Shown here one piece after another: positions 9,163 through 18,545 of a stretch of DNA of 64,000 nucleotides; position 1 is the stretch's first letter; every line of letters begins with the position of its first letter. The stretch spans positions 288,001-352,000 of the forward strand of contig CBDFLJ010000001.1 in the NCBI GenBank assembly GCA_965248835.1. The letters are read 5' to 3'. The position numbers and the translations under genes were made by a program. Origin of the DNA: Alphaproteobacteria bacterium (lineage in GTDB: Bacteria > Pseudomonadota > Alphaproteobacteria > MPNO01). The notes under the pieces are model-generated. The model was not told the DNA's origin and did no database searches. It saw only the letters and a list, made by a program, of their open reading frames with translations.

Positions 9163-11576
9163 GCGGGTTGCTCCATGGGCCTGGAATTGATCGCCGCCTC
9201 GATGTCGGACAGCCGCATCGGCAGCTCGGTGATCGAGATCCCAAGCGGCGCGAGCGCATCGTTGACCGCGCTCGCCACCGCCGCGGGCGCGCCCAGATAG
9301 CCGCCCTCGCCCGAGCCCTTCTGGCCGAGCGACGTCTTGGGGGACGGCGTGCAATGCTCGACGTCCTTGACCAGCGGGATCTCCATCGAGGACGGCAGCA
9401 GGTAGTCGACGAACGAGCCGGATAGGAACTGGCCGGTCTCGTCATAGGCGAACTTCTCGAACAGGGCCGCGCCCACCCCATGCGCCAATCCACCGATGAT
9501 CATGCCGCGGACGATGTCGGGGTTGATCACCGTGCCGCAGTCATGGGCGATCGCGTAGTCGGTCACCTCGACCTTGCCTGTGCCGGGATCGATCTCCACG
9601 AACGGCACGTGCGCCTGGAAGGAGAAGCATGGGTAGAGCTGGATCTCCTGGTTCTCGTCGGGAAGCTGACCCGAGGCGCCGGGGACCTGCAGGACCGACA
9701 TCTCCTGCAGACCGGGCTCCATCCCGGGCGGCATCTTGTGGAACTGGCGGTGGGCGATCGCGGCGATCTCCTCCCAGGTAAGCTTCTGCGACGGCGCGCC
9801 GATGACGAAGAACGCGCCCGCTTGATATTCGATGCGCTCGGCCGCGACGCCGAGATTATGGGCGGCAATGCGGATCATCTTGGCCTTGATCCTGCGCGCG
9901 GCCTCCGAGGTCGCGCCGCCCAGGACGATCGCCATGCGGCTCGCCACCGGGCTCCGGGTCGGCAGCGCCTCCAGCGAATCGGCATGGGTGACCCGGATGT
10001 CGTCGGGGTCGCGCTCAAGCTCCTCGCCGGCGACGGTCGCCACCAGGGTCTCATGGCCCTGGCCCGAGGTGGTGGTCGCCATCACCGCCGTGATCTTGCC
10101 GTGCGGGTCGACCCGCATCAGGCAGGACTCCACGAAGGTGGTGATCTCCAGCCGCTCGTTGAGCAACTGCTCGAAAATGTTGTTTCCGCCGCCCGGCTCC
10201 AGACAGGTCGCGATGCCGATCCCGGCGAGCCGTCCTTCGGCTCGCACCGCCTCGCGCCGGGCGATGAGCGCGGGGTAGTCGGCGAGCGCGAGCGCCTTGT
10301 CGAGGACCGTATGGTAGTCGCCGCTGTCGTATTCGGTCCCCGTCGGGATCCGCCAGGGGAACTCGTCCTTGCCGATCAGGTTCCGCCTGCGGATCTCCAG
10401 CCGGTCGATGTCCAGATGGCGGGCGACCTTGTCGATCCCGATCTCGATCATGAAATTTGTCGGCGACTGGCCGAAGCCGCGGACCGGCACTTGGCCGGTC
10501 TTGTTCGAGGTCACCGAGATCGCCTCGTATGCGACGCTGCCGATCCTGTAGGGGCCGACCAGGGCGGTGATCGGCTTGCCGAGCTGGAGCGGCCCGCGCC
10601 CGGGATAGGCGCCGACATCGTCGATCGCGCGCAGCTTCATCGAGCGGATCGTGCCGTCGTCCTCGAACGCCAGCGTGACGTCGAACAACCGGTCGGGGCC
10701 GTGCGCGTCCCCGCCCGACATGTTGTCCAGCCGGTCCTCGATCAGCCGCACCGGGGCGCCTAGCGTGCGCGCGAGGTATGAGACAAGGACGGTGTGCTTG
10801 ATGCCGCGCTTAACGCCGTAGCTGCCGCCGACATCGACGTCGTTGTGCACCCGCACGGCGTTCAGCGGGATCATCAGCGCGTTGGCGATCTGCTCGGCAT
10901 AGTTGGGCATCTGGATCGACGCCCAGACGTCGAGGATCTCGCCGATCGGATCCCAGCTTGCTGCCACCCCGAAGGTCTCGATCGGCACGGTCGAGCTGCG
11001 GCCCCAGCGGGCGCGGTAGGTGAGCGTGTGCGCGGCCTTGGCGAAGTCGTCCTCGACGGGCCCCCAGACGAAGGTCTTGCGCAGGAGCACGTTGGTCCCG
11101 TGATCGGGATGGACCAGGGGCGAATCGGGCTCGAGCAGGGACTCGATCTCGACCGCGGCCGGCAGAGGCTCGTAGTCGACGGCCACGAGCTCGGCCGCGT
11201 CCTCGGCGATGTAGCGCGAGTCCGCGACCACGGCCGCGACCCACTCGCCGGCGTAGCGCGCCATCCCGACGGCCAGCGGGAACCACTTCACCTCCGGCAG
11301 GTGCAGGCCGTGGTAAAGCGGCTCGGTGTGGCGGGCAAGGTCCTCACCGGTCAGCACCGCATGGACGCCGTCCAGCGCCAGCGCCGCGGCGGCATCGATC
11401 GAGACGATACGCGCGCGCGGGTGCGGGCTTGGGACCAGCGCGACATGCTTCATCCCCGGCAGCGCGACATCGGCGACGAAATTGCCTTTGCCGGCCACGA
11501 AGCGCCGGTCTTCCTTGGTCCGCCGCTTGCGCGAGACGTAACGGTAGTTGGCCCCGTGTGCGGGTTCCGCGCTCAT
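9159..11576 (-). CDS. Molybdenum hydroxylase large subunit (xanthine dehydrogenase/CoxL-like)
   Basis: KEDRRF, DVGGSYGVK, PVRGFG loop, SGQGHET, HDCGTVINP, KGSGEGG. Confidence 0.9.
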   Translation of the reverse strand: MSAEPAHGANYRYVSRKRRTKEDRRFVAGKGNFVADVALPGMKHVALVPSPHPRARIVSIDAAAALALDGVHAVLTGEDLARHTEPLYHGLHLPEVKWFPLAVGMARYAGEWVAAVVADSRYIAEDAAELVAVDYEPLPAAVEIESLLEPDSPLVHPDHGTNVLLRKTFVWGPVEDDFAKAAHTLTYRARWGRSSTVPIETFGVAASWDPIGEILDVWASIQMPNYAEQIANALMIPLNAVRVHNDVDVGGSYGVKRGIKHTVLVSYLARTLGAPVRLIEDRLDNMSGGDAHGPDRLFDVTLAFEDDGTIRSMKLRAIDDVGAYPGRGPLQLGKPITALVGPYRIGSVAYEAISVTSNKTGQVPVRGFGQSPTNFMIEIGIDKVARHLDIDRLEIRRRNLIGKDEFPWRIPTGTEYDSGDYHTVLDKALALADYPALIARREAVRAEGRLAGIGIATCLEPGGGNNIFEQLLNERLEITTFVESCLMRVDPHGKITAVMATTTSGQGHETLVATVAGEELERDPDDIRVTHADSLEALPTRSPVASRMAIVLGGATSEAARRIKAKMIRIAAHNLGVAAERIEYQAGAFFVIGAPSQKLTWEEIAAIAHRQFHKMPPGMEPGLQEMSVLQVPGASGQLPDENQEIQLYPCFSFQAHVPFVEIDPGTGKVEVTDYAIAHDCGTVINPDIVRGMIIGGLAHGVGAALFEKFAYDETGQFLSGSFVDYLLPSSMEIPLVKDVEHCTPSPKTSLGQKGSGEGGYLGAPAAVASAVNDALAPLGISITELPMRLSDIEAAINSRPMEQPA

Positions 11577-12064
11577 CGCCGGTCCTGCGCGCGGCCGCGG
11601 CGGCTGGCGGCCAGCTCGACCGCCTCGACGATCTGGGTATAGCCGGTGCACCGGCACAGATTGCCGGAGATCGCTTCGCGGATCTCTTCCGTGGTCGGGT
11701 CGGGGCTTTCCGCGAGCAGCGCGTGGGCGGCGATCATCATGCCGGGGGTGCAATAGCCGCACTGCATGGCGTGGCATTCCCAGAACGCGTCCTGGATATC
11801 GCCCAGCGTGCCGCCTTCGCCGCCCAGCCCCTCCACCGTCATGACCTCGTGGCCGTCGGCCTGAACCGCGAACATCAGGCACGAGCGAATCGCCGCGCCG
11901 TCGAACATCACCGAGCACGCCCCGCAGATGCCGTGCTCGCAGCCGACATGGGTGCCGGTCTGGCGCAGCCGGTCACGCAGGAAATCGACCAGCGTCAGGC
12001 GCGGCGGCACGCGGGCATTGTGCACGGTGCCGTTGACCGTGATCGCGATCGCCTTGTCGGTCAT
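11573..12064 (-). CDS. Molybdenum hydroxylase small [2Fe-2S] subunit (CoxS-like)
   Basis: [31 protein letters not shown]; ATGA overlaps on both sides. Confidence 0.93.
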   Translation of the reverse strand: MTDKAIAITVNGTVHNARVPPRLTLVDFLRDRLRQTGTHVGCEHGICGACSVMFDGAAIRSCLMFAVQADGHEVMTVEGLGGEGGTLGDIQDAFWECHAMQCGYCTPGMMIAAHALLAESPDPTTEEIREAISGNLCRCTGYTQIVEAVELAASRRGRAQDRR

Positions 12065-12939
12065 GCCCAGGCCTCCGCGCGAGCCTGTTCGATCGTCCGT
12101 CCGAGAAGGACCCCGGCGACCCGGCGGCGGTAGGCGGCGCTCGCGTGCAGATCGGAGTCGGGCTCCAGCGCCTCCTCGATGCGATGCAGAGCCGCGCCGA
12201 CCGAAGCGGCATCCAGCGTGCTGCCCAGCAGCGTCTGTTCGAGCCCGGCCGGCCGCACCGGCGTCGATGCCGCGCCGCCGATGCCGACGGCGATCCGAGC
12301 GCACCGGCCGGCCGCATCGAGCTGGAGCTGGGCGCAGGCCGAAACGATGGCGAAATCGCCGCGGCGGGAAGCGACTTCCTGGAAGGCCGTGCCGATGCGC
12401 TCGCCGGGCCAGATCGGAAACCGGATCTCGACCAGGCATTCGTCGGCGCCGAGCGCGGTCATCATCGGCCCTTCGAAGAACCCCGATGCCGCATAGGTGC
12501 GCGTGCCGCGAAGGCTCCGCGCCAGAAATCGGGCGTCCAGCACCAGCGCGGCCAGCGGGATCTCGGCCGAAGGGTCGCCATGGACCAGGCTGCCGCCGAT
12601 GGTGCCGCGGTTGCGGATCTGCTGATGGCCGACGAAGCCGAGCGCCTTGGCGAGCAGCGGCGCCGCGCGGGCGACGCTGGCGGACAGCTCGGCCGTGCGC
12701 TGGCGGGCGCCGGCGCCGATCACCAGCGCGTCGCCCTCGACCGCAATGGCTTGCAGGGCCTCGATGTCGTTGATGTCGACCAGCAGCGTCGGCCGGGCAA
12801 GCCGCATCGCCATCAGCGGGACCAGGGTCTGACCACCGGCGATGATCTTGTGGTCGGCGCCGTCCGCGGGCGCGGCCAGGACCTGGCACACCTCCTCCAC
12901 GCTCCTGGCCTTGACGTACTCGAACGCGGCCGCCTTCAT
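12061..12939 (-). CDS. Molybdenum hydroxylase FAD subunit (CoxM-like)
   Basis: MKAAAFEY, IAGGQTL, QIRNRGTIGGSLVHGDP, RRGDFA. Confidence 0.92.
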   Translation of the reverse strand: MKAAAFEYVKARSVEEVCQVLAAPADGADHKIIAGGQTLVPLMAMRLARPTLLVDINDIEALQAIAVEGDALVIGAGARQRTAELSASVARAAPLLAKALGFVGHQQIRNRGTIGGSLVHGDPSAEIPLAALVLDARFLARSLRGTRTYAASGFFEGPMMTALGADECLVEIRFPIWPGERIGTAFQEVASRRGDFAIVSACAQLQLDAAGRCARIAVGIGGAASTPVRPAGLEQTLLGSTLDAASVGAALHRIEEALEPDSDLHASAAYRRRVAGVLLGRTIEQARAEAWA

Positions 12940-13015
12940 CCACCTCCCCTTGTCCCGGGCCGGCGCAACTTCGTCGTCCCGGCCCGCCCGGTCAAGGGCC
13001 GCGCCGCGCCGCCGC

Positions 13016-13714
13016 TCAGGGCAGCAGGCGGGTGCGGCGCATGCCGAAATGGGTGCATTGCCCTTCGAACGGCGGCAGGTTGTGGTAGTCCTCGCGCAGG
13101 CGGTCGCGCACCTCCGAGTGCAGGGCGGCGTTGAGCGCGTCCGCCGTCTCGAAGCTGGTGTCGCAGATCAGCATGTGGTCGGCGCGCTCGATCGGCAGTG
13201 AATCGGTCCAGCCGAGCGGAGTGTAGACCTCGCATCGCCGGATCGCCGGCAGCCCGGCCATGATCGGCGGGTGGTGCCGGCAATAGTGATCGATGAACTG
13301 GGCTTCATCCTCGGCCGGCCGCTCGTAGCGCACGAGGTAGCAGACCGGCACCGCGGTCGTCGCCGGGTCGGTCTCGCCGGCACCGGAGACCGGCTCGCCC
13401 AGGACGATTTCGTAGCAGACCTGCCAATCGTCGATCGGCATGTTCTGGAACTCCGACAGCGCCGTCGACAGCGCCCGGCCGCGCAGCGCCGCCTCGGCAG
13501 CGATCAGCGTGGCGAACCGGGCCTGGACGACAAGGGGCGGGCCCGCCCCGTCGTCGATCATCGGATCGCTGATCTCCAGCGGTGTGTAGAGCTCGACCGA
13601 GGTCGCGCCCTCGATCGCCGACCACGCGCGGCCCGGGCCGACCGCGACGGCCGCCAGAAAGCCGGCCGGATCGGCGACATCGCCGGCGTAGTGCAGGAAC
13701 AGAGAGACCGCCAT
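13016..13714 (-). CDS. Tandem EthD-like (dimeric alpha+beta barrel) domain protein
   Basis: Two similar halves (ELYTPL.ISDP / EVYTPL.WTDS); FIDHYCRHHPP, FETADALNAALHS. Confidence 0.7.
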   Translation of the reverse strand: MAVSLFLHYAGDVADPAGFLAAVAVGPGRAWSAIEGATSVELYTPLEISDPMIDDGAGPPLVVQARFATLIAAEAALRGRALSTALSEFQNMPIDDWQVCYEIVLGEPVSGAGETDPATTAVPVCYLVRYERPAEDEAQFIDHYCRHHPPIMAGLPAIRRCEVYTPLGWTDSLPIERADHMLICDTSFETADALNAALHSEVRDRLREDYHNLPPFEGQCTHFGMRRTRLLP

Positions 13715-13746
13715 CGAGGAACAACTCCGCTGTGCTCGACCTGCTT

Positions 13747-13769
13747 ACTTAGTGCATCATCCACTGAGT
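13747..13769. promoter_or_regulatory. Candidate operator: imperfect palindrome in a divergent promoter
   Basis: ACTTAGTGCATCATCCACTGAGT pairs at 9 of 11 positions in the AT-richer 86-bp divergent gap. Confidence 0.45.
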
Positions 13770-13800
13770 CGATTCAATGGCGCGGTGGCGGGTGTCCACG

Positions 13801-14790
13801 ATGGCCTTACTGCGGTTGAGCATGGCCTGCGGGCCCTATGACCGGATGGAGGCGCTCAGATCCGGCGAGGTCCGGCCCGAGGGCATCGATCTCACCTGTC
13901 TCGCGATCCAATCGCCGCCCGAGATCTTCGCTCGCATGATCAAGACCGGATCGTTCGACGTCTCGGAAATGTCGTCGGCTCACTACCTGATCATGAAGGC
14001 GCGCGGCGATTTTCCGTTCCTCGCGATCCCGGTTTTCCCCTCGCGCGCCTTCCGCCACGGATTCATCTTCGTCAACACCGGATCGGGCATCACGGCGCCC
14101 GGCGACCTCGCGGGCAAGCGGATCGGGGTGCAGGAATATCGGCAGTCGGCCGCGGTGTGGATCCGCGGCATGCTGGGCGAGGAGTACGGTGTCGATCTCG
14201 CCGGGGCGACCTGGTTCGAAGGCGGCGTCGATGCCCCGCGCCGGATCGATCCGGACATGGATCTGCGGCCCGGCGGCACGGCCGACATCCGCGTGATCGC
14301 GTCCGACCGGTCGCTCGGCGGCCTGCTGGCGCGCGGCGAGATCGATGCGCTGATCGGTGCCCGGCGGCCACGCGCACTCGGCGAGAGCGCCCAGGTCGCG
14401 CGGCTGTTTCCCGACTACCGCGCGGTCGAGCGCGACTATTTCGCCCGCACCGGGATCTTTCCGATCATGCACACGCTGGTGATCCGCGAGGATGTTCATG
14501 CCGCCAACCCGTGGATCGCGGAAAGCCTCTACCAGGCCTGCGTGAAGTCCAAGACCCTGGCCCACGAGCGGATGCGGTTCTCCGGTGCGATGCGCTACAT
14601 GCTGCCGTGGCTGTTCGACGACATCGACGAGATCGACGCGGTCTTCGGCGGAGACCCGTTCGTCTACGGGCTGGAGCCCAACCGGACGACGCTGGAGACC
14701 CTGCTGCGCTACCTGCGCGAAGACGCCTTCATCGGCGACGCGCCGCGGCTGGAGGATCTGTTCGCGCCGATCATAGACTGGCAGGAATAG
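13801..14790 (+). CDS. 4,5-Dihydroxyphthalate decarboxylase-like protein (periplasmic-binding-protein fold)
   Basis: ACGPYDR, FDVSEMS, IPVFPSRAFRHG, GVQEYRQSAAVWIRG, GIFPIMH, DPFVYGLEPNR; no signal peptide. Confidence 0.85.
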   Translation: MALLRLSMACGPYDRMEALRSGEVRPEGIDLTCLAIQSPPEIFARMIKTGSFDVSEMSSAHYLIMKARGDFPFLAIPVFPSRAFRHGFIFVNTGSGITAPGDLAGKRIGVQEYRQSAAVWIRGMLGEEYGVDLAGATWFEGGVDAPRRIDPDMDLRPGGTADIRVIASDRSLGGLLARGEIDALIGARRPRALGESAQVARLFPDYRAVERDYFARTGIFPIMHTLVIREDVHAANPWIAESLYQACVKSKTLAHERMRFSGAMRYMLPWLFDDIDEIDAVFGGDPFVYGLEPNRTTLETLLRYLREDAFIGDAPRLEDLFAPIIDWQE

Positions 14791-14793
14791 GGC

Positions 14794-15486
14794 TCAGCGC
14801 CTGCGGTACTGCTGGTCGCCGAACATGTTGGACCAGCTTTCCTCGGTCCATTCCCAACGATCGGCGGTATCGGTAAGCCGCTCCATGTCCTTGCCGACGG
14901 CCGGGCGCGCCGCGATCCGGCGAAACCAGTCCAGGACGTTGGGAAAGTCCTCGAGCTTCTGGCCCTGGCGGCCGTGCAGCCGGCACCACGGGAAGATCGC
15001 CATGTCGGCGATCGAGTAGGCGCCGGCGACGTATTCGCGATCGGCGAGCCGGTTGTCGAGGATCTGGTAGAGCCTGCCCGCCTCGTTGGTGTAGCGGTCA
15101 TAGGCATAGTCGATCTTCTCCGGCGCGTAGGCGCGGAAATGATGGGCCTGGCCCAGCATCGGCCCGAACCCGCCGGTCTGCCAGAACAGCCATTGCAGGA
15201 CTTCGAGCCGGGCGCGCGGCTCGCCAGGCAGGAACTGACCGGTCTTCTCGGCGAGATAGAGCAGGATCGCGCCCGATTCGAACACGGCCACCGGCTTGCC
15301 GTCGGGCCCCTCGCTGTCGGCCAGCGCCGGGATCTTGTTGTTGGGGCTGATCTTGAGGAATTCGGGATCGAATTGCTCTCCCTTCTCGAGGTCGACCCAG
15401 TGCTCGGCATAGGCGAGCCCGGTCTCCTCCAACATCATGTGGATCTTCTGGCCGTTGGGCGTGGCCGAGGTGTAGAGATCGATCAC
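14794..15486 (-). CDS. Glutathione S-transferase, YfcG/Nu-class disulfide oxidoreductase
   Basis: GTG start with RBS agggg; DLYTSATPNG.K, ISPNNKIPA, FESGAIL, GPMLGQAHHF. Confidence 0.9.
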   Translation of the reverse strand: MIDLYTSATPNGQKIHMMLEETGLAYAEHWVDLEKGEQFDPEFLKISPNNKIPALADSEGPDGKPVAVFESGAILLYLAEKTGQFLPGEPRARLEVLQWLFWQTGGFGPMLGQAHHFRAYAPEKIDYAYDRYTNEAGRLYQILDNRLADREYVAGAYSIADMAIFPWCRLHGRQGQKLEDFPNVLDWFRRIAARPAVGKDMERLTDTADRWEWTEESWSNMFGDQQYRRR

Positions 15487-15626
15487 CGGAATGTCCCCCT
15501 GGCTGGTTTGCCGGAGAAAACCACAGATCCGATGTCGTGAGAACCTGTTCGGCACAATGCCTGTTCCCCGCGCCGCGCCGCGTTGTAGAATGCGCCGTGA
15601 CCGCGAACGGAATGGATCGAAGCACG

Positions 15627-16472
15627 ATGTCTGACAGCGCCCAATTGGCGGACCCTGCGACGGAGCACGCCTACGTCGAGGCCGAGGTGAACTACGTCAT
15701 CGATGACGGCCATCCGCCGATCCAGTATATCGACTGGCCGGAGGAGGCTCACAAAGCGCATCCGGCGACCTATGAGGCGCGCACGGTGCGGATCAACAAC
15801 GGCCGCCTGTCCGCCGAGGACTTCACCCTGCCGACGCACGGCTTCGCCTTCGCCGCCCACGAGACGGCCGTCCGGGATTTCTACGACGAAGACGAGGTCC
15901 TCAACGTCTACTACCCGGAGACCGAGCGGCTGATCCGACAGCACAGCGGCGCAAAGCGCGTGGTCGTGTTCGATCACACGCTCCGGACCGCGGATTCGTC
16001 GCGACATGCCGAGCGCTGGCTCCGCCGGACGGTCCATTCCGTGCACAACGACTACACCGAACGGTCCGCGCCGCAGCGGGTGCGCGACTTCCTGCCGCCC
16101 GACGAAGCCGAAGCCGCCCTGCAGGGCCGCTACGGCATCGTCCAGACATGGCGGCCGGTCGCGCCCAGGGTCGAGTCCGAGCCCCTGGCGCTGTGCGACG
16201 GGCGGTCGATCCCCGAGGTCGGCTTCATCCCCAACCAGCGACGCTACCGCGACCGGACCGGGGAGACCTACCATATCGCCTACAGCCCTGAGCACCGGTT
16301 CTACTATTTCCCTTACATGACCCGGAACGAGGCGCTGGTCTTCAAGGTCTTCGATACCGATCCGTCCGCGGGCGTGCGCTTTACCGCCCACACCGCGTTC
16401 AACGACCCGACCAGCCCGCCGGACGCGAAGATCCGCGAGAGCATCGAGATGCGGGCGCTGGCCTTCTACTGA
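15627..16472 (+). CDS. CmcJ/NvfI family oxidoreductase
   Basis: YYPETE, VVVFDHTLR, VHNDYT (HxD), WRP, PLALCD, FTAHTAF, RESIEMR. Confidence 0.8.
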   Translation: MSDSAQLADPATEHAYVEAEVNYVIDDGHPPIQYIDWPEEAHKAHPATYEARTVRINNGRLSAEDFTLPTHGFAFAAHETAVRDFYDEDEVLNVYYPETERLIRQHSGAKRVVVFDHTLRTADSSRHAERWLRRTVHSVHNDYTERSAPQRVRDFLPPDEAEAALQGRYGIVQTWRPVAPRVESEPLALCDGRSIPEVGFIPNQRRYRDRTGETYHIAYSPEHRFYYFPYMTRNEALVFKVFDTDPSAGVRFTAHTAFNDPTSPPDAKIRESIEMRALAFY

Positions 16473-16527
16473 GGCGCCCGGCTGCGGGTTGCCGCCGTCG
16501 CGGCACCCGCAAGACCGCGGTTGACCT

Positions 16528-17061
16528 TTGAGCGCGTGGATCTTCGGCTACGGCTCGCTGGTGTGGCGCCCCGACCTGCCCTTCATCGAGCGGGCGCCGG
16601 CGGCGATCGAGGGGTTTGCGCGCCGGTTCTGGCAAGGCTCGACCGACCACCGCGGCGTGCCGGGCGATCCCGGCCGCGTGGTGACGCTGGTGCGCGAGTC
16701 CGGCGCGCGGTGCTGGGGGATGGCCTACCGCGTCGAGGATGCGGTGCGCGAACGTGTGCTGGGCACCCTCGCGCACCGTGAAAAAGGCGGCTACGACCGG
16801 GTCGTGCTCGACCTCGCCTTCGCCGAGACCGGACGCGATCCTGCCCCGGCCTTCGTCTATTGGGCGAGCGAGCACAACCCCAACTATCTCGGCCCCGCCC
16901 CTCTGGCGGAGATCGCGGCGCAAATCGTGCGCAGCATCGGGCCCAGCGGGCCCAATGTCGAATACGTGCTGCGTCTGGCCGAGGCCCTGCGCGCGATGGG
17001 CGTCACCGACGAGCACGTATTTGCCCTCGAACACCTCGTCATCGATGCTGCCGCACCCTAA
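16528..17061 (+). CDS. chaC: Gamma-glutamylcyclotransferase, ChaC family
   Basis: WIFGYGSLVW, RRFWQGSTDHRG.PG.PGRVVTL, REKGGY, GPSG.N.EY. Confidence 0.9.
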   Translation: MSAWIFGYGSLVWRPDLPFIERAPAAIEGFARRFWQGSTDHRGVPGDPGRVVTLVRESGARCWGMAYRVEDAVRERVLGTLAHREKGGYDRVVLDLAFAETGRDPAPAFVYWASEHNPNYLGPAPLAEIAAQIVRSIGPSGPNVEYVLRLAEALRAMGVTDEHVFALEHLVIDAAAP

Positions 17062-17091
17062 ATTGAATCTGGAAACCTACGGAGGCTCGTC

Positions 17092-17568
17092 ATGGCGACA
17101 GCGACATTCGGTGCCGGCTGCTTCTGGGGCGTCGAAGAGGCGTTCCGGCAGGTCGAGGGGGTCACCAGCACCTCGGTCGGCTATATGGGCGGCACAAGCG
17201 AACATCCGACCTACGAGCAGGTCTGCACCGGACGGACCGGCCATGCCGAGGTCGTTTGGCTCGACTACGACCCTGCGGTGGTGGGCTATGACGAGCTCCT
17301 TTCGGTCTTCTGGGGGGTGCACGACCCGACCCAGGTCAACCGCCAGGGACCGGACTTCGGCACCCAGTACCGCACCGTGATCTTTACCAATGACGAAGAG
17401 CAGGACGCCGCGGCCAAGGCCTCTCTGGCGGCCGAACAGGCGAGCGGCCGCCACCGCGGCGACATCGCCAGCCAGATCGTCCCCGCTTCGCCCTACTGGA
17501 TCGCCGAGGACTACCACCAGCAATATTTCGCCAAACGCGGCGGCCACCGTCGCTTCGGCCTGTTCTAG
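17092..17568 (+). CDS. msrA: Peptide methionine sulfoxide reductase A
   Basis: [38 protein letters not shown]; RBS ggagg. Confidence 0.96.
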   Translation: MATATFGAGCFWGVEEAFRQVEGVTSTSVGYMGGTSEHPTYEQVCTGRTGHAEVVWLDYDPAVVGYDELLSVFWGVHDPTQVNRQGPDFGTQYRTVIFTNDEEQDAAAKASLAAEQASGRHRGDIASQIVPASPYWIAEDYHQQYFAKRGGHRRFGLF

Positions 17569-17734
17569 GCGCCGGCGGGCCGCGACCGCAAGGCGGGGAT
17601 CTCGGCTCATCTGGAGAGCGAGCACGGGGTACCGGCCGCCCAAGCCCTTGGCGAATCCCGCCATAGGGGGCTCGAGCACCGCCGGCACCCGGCGCGACAG
17701 GATCCCGAGCAGGTTGATTGAATGTCCGGCAACG

Positions 17735-17759
17735 AAAAACGCCGGGCGCTGCCCGGCGT
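17735..17759 (-). terminator. Rho-independent terminator of the dienelactone hydrolase gene
   Basis: 9-bp stem acgccgggc/gcccggcgt with a 3-nt loop, followed by a T-run on the minus strand. Confidence 0.7.
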
Positions 17760-17787
17760 CCTCCGTTCTTCGGTGTCGGGGCCGGCC

Positions 17788-18462
17788 CTACCCGAGATGT
17801 TCGGCGAACAGCGCCAGGGCGCGTCCGTGGGCGCGCTCGCAGGCGCCGGGGTTGTAGACGTCGCGGTCGTCGCAGCAGAAGCCGTGCGCCGCATCGTCGT
17901 AGACGAAGCTCGGAACGTCAGGGTGGGCGTCGCGGATCTTCTGGACATCGCCCATCGGGATCGCATGGTCCTTGTCGCCCAGGTGGAACTGGACCGGGCA
18001 CCTGGGCGTGTCGTTGGCTGCGCGCGCGGCCACACCGCCGCCGTAGCAGCTCACCGAGCACGCCAGGCTGTCGAGCCCGCAGGCGCTGACCCAGGCGACA
18101 TAACCGCCGAAGCAGTAGCCGATCAGCCCGACCTTGCCGGCATCGGAGACCGCGGAGACCGCGGCATCGACATCGGCCAGGATCACGTCGTCGTTGAGCG
18201 AGCCGCGCAGGTCGCGCCCGCGCCCGAAGGAGACCTCGTCATAGCCGAGCTGGACCCCGGCCTCGGTGCGATCGAACAGGGCCGGCGCTATCGCCGCATA
18301 GCCGTGGCCGGCGAACTTGTCGACCAGGTCGCGGACGTGGCCGTTGACCCCGAAGATCTCCTGGATGACGACGATACCGCCCTTGGCGGTGCCCGACGGG
18401 TCGGCCCGGTAGGCGCCCAGCGAGTGGCCGTCCTTGGCGGTGAGCGTGATCGACTGTCCCAT
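17788..18462 (-). CDS. Dienelactone hydrolase family protein
   Basis: VIQEIFGVN, GYCFGG, HGF. Confidence 0.92.
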   Translation of the reverse strand: MGQSITLTAKDGHSLGAYRADPSGTAKGGIVVIQEIFGVNGHVRDLVDKFAGHGYAAIAPALFDRTEAGVQLGYDEVSFGRGRDLRGSLNDDVILADVDAAVSAVSDAGKVGLIGYCFGGYVAWVSACGLDSLACSVSCYGGGVAARAANDTPRCPVQFHLGDKDHAIPMGDVQKIRDAHPDVPSFVYDDAAHGFCCDDRDVYNPGACERAHGRALALFAEHLG

Positions 18463-18545
18463 TCCCCATTTCTCCCTTGAGGCTGTTGCGGAGGCGAATT
18501 ATCGAAGGCGGCGCCCGGCGGACGCGCGGCCCCGAAATTGTATCG

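Noticed and set aside
9159-12939. Aerobic CO dehydrogenase call for either Mo enzyme
   Set aside because: The loops are PVRGFG and PFRGVAR, not AYxCSFR (form I) or AYxGAGR (form II). No coxDEFG genes are present.
13801-14790. ABC transporter substrate-binding protein
   Set aside because: No signal peptide and no permease or ATPase genes nearby. The motifs fit the cytoplasmic decarboxylase-like family.
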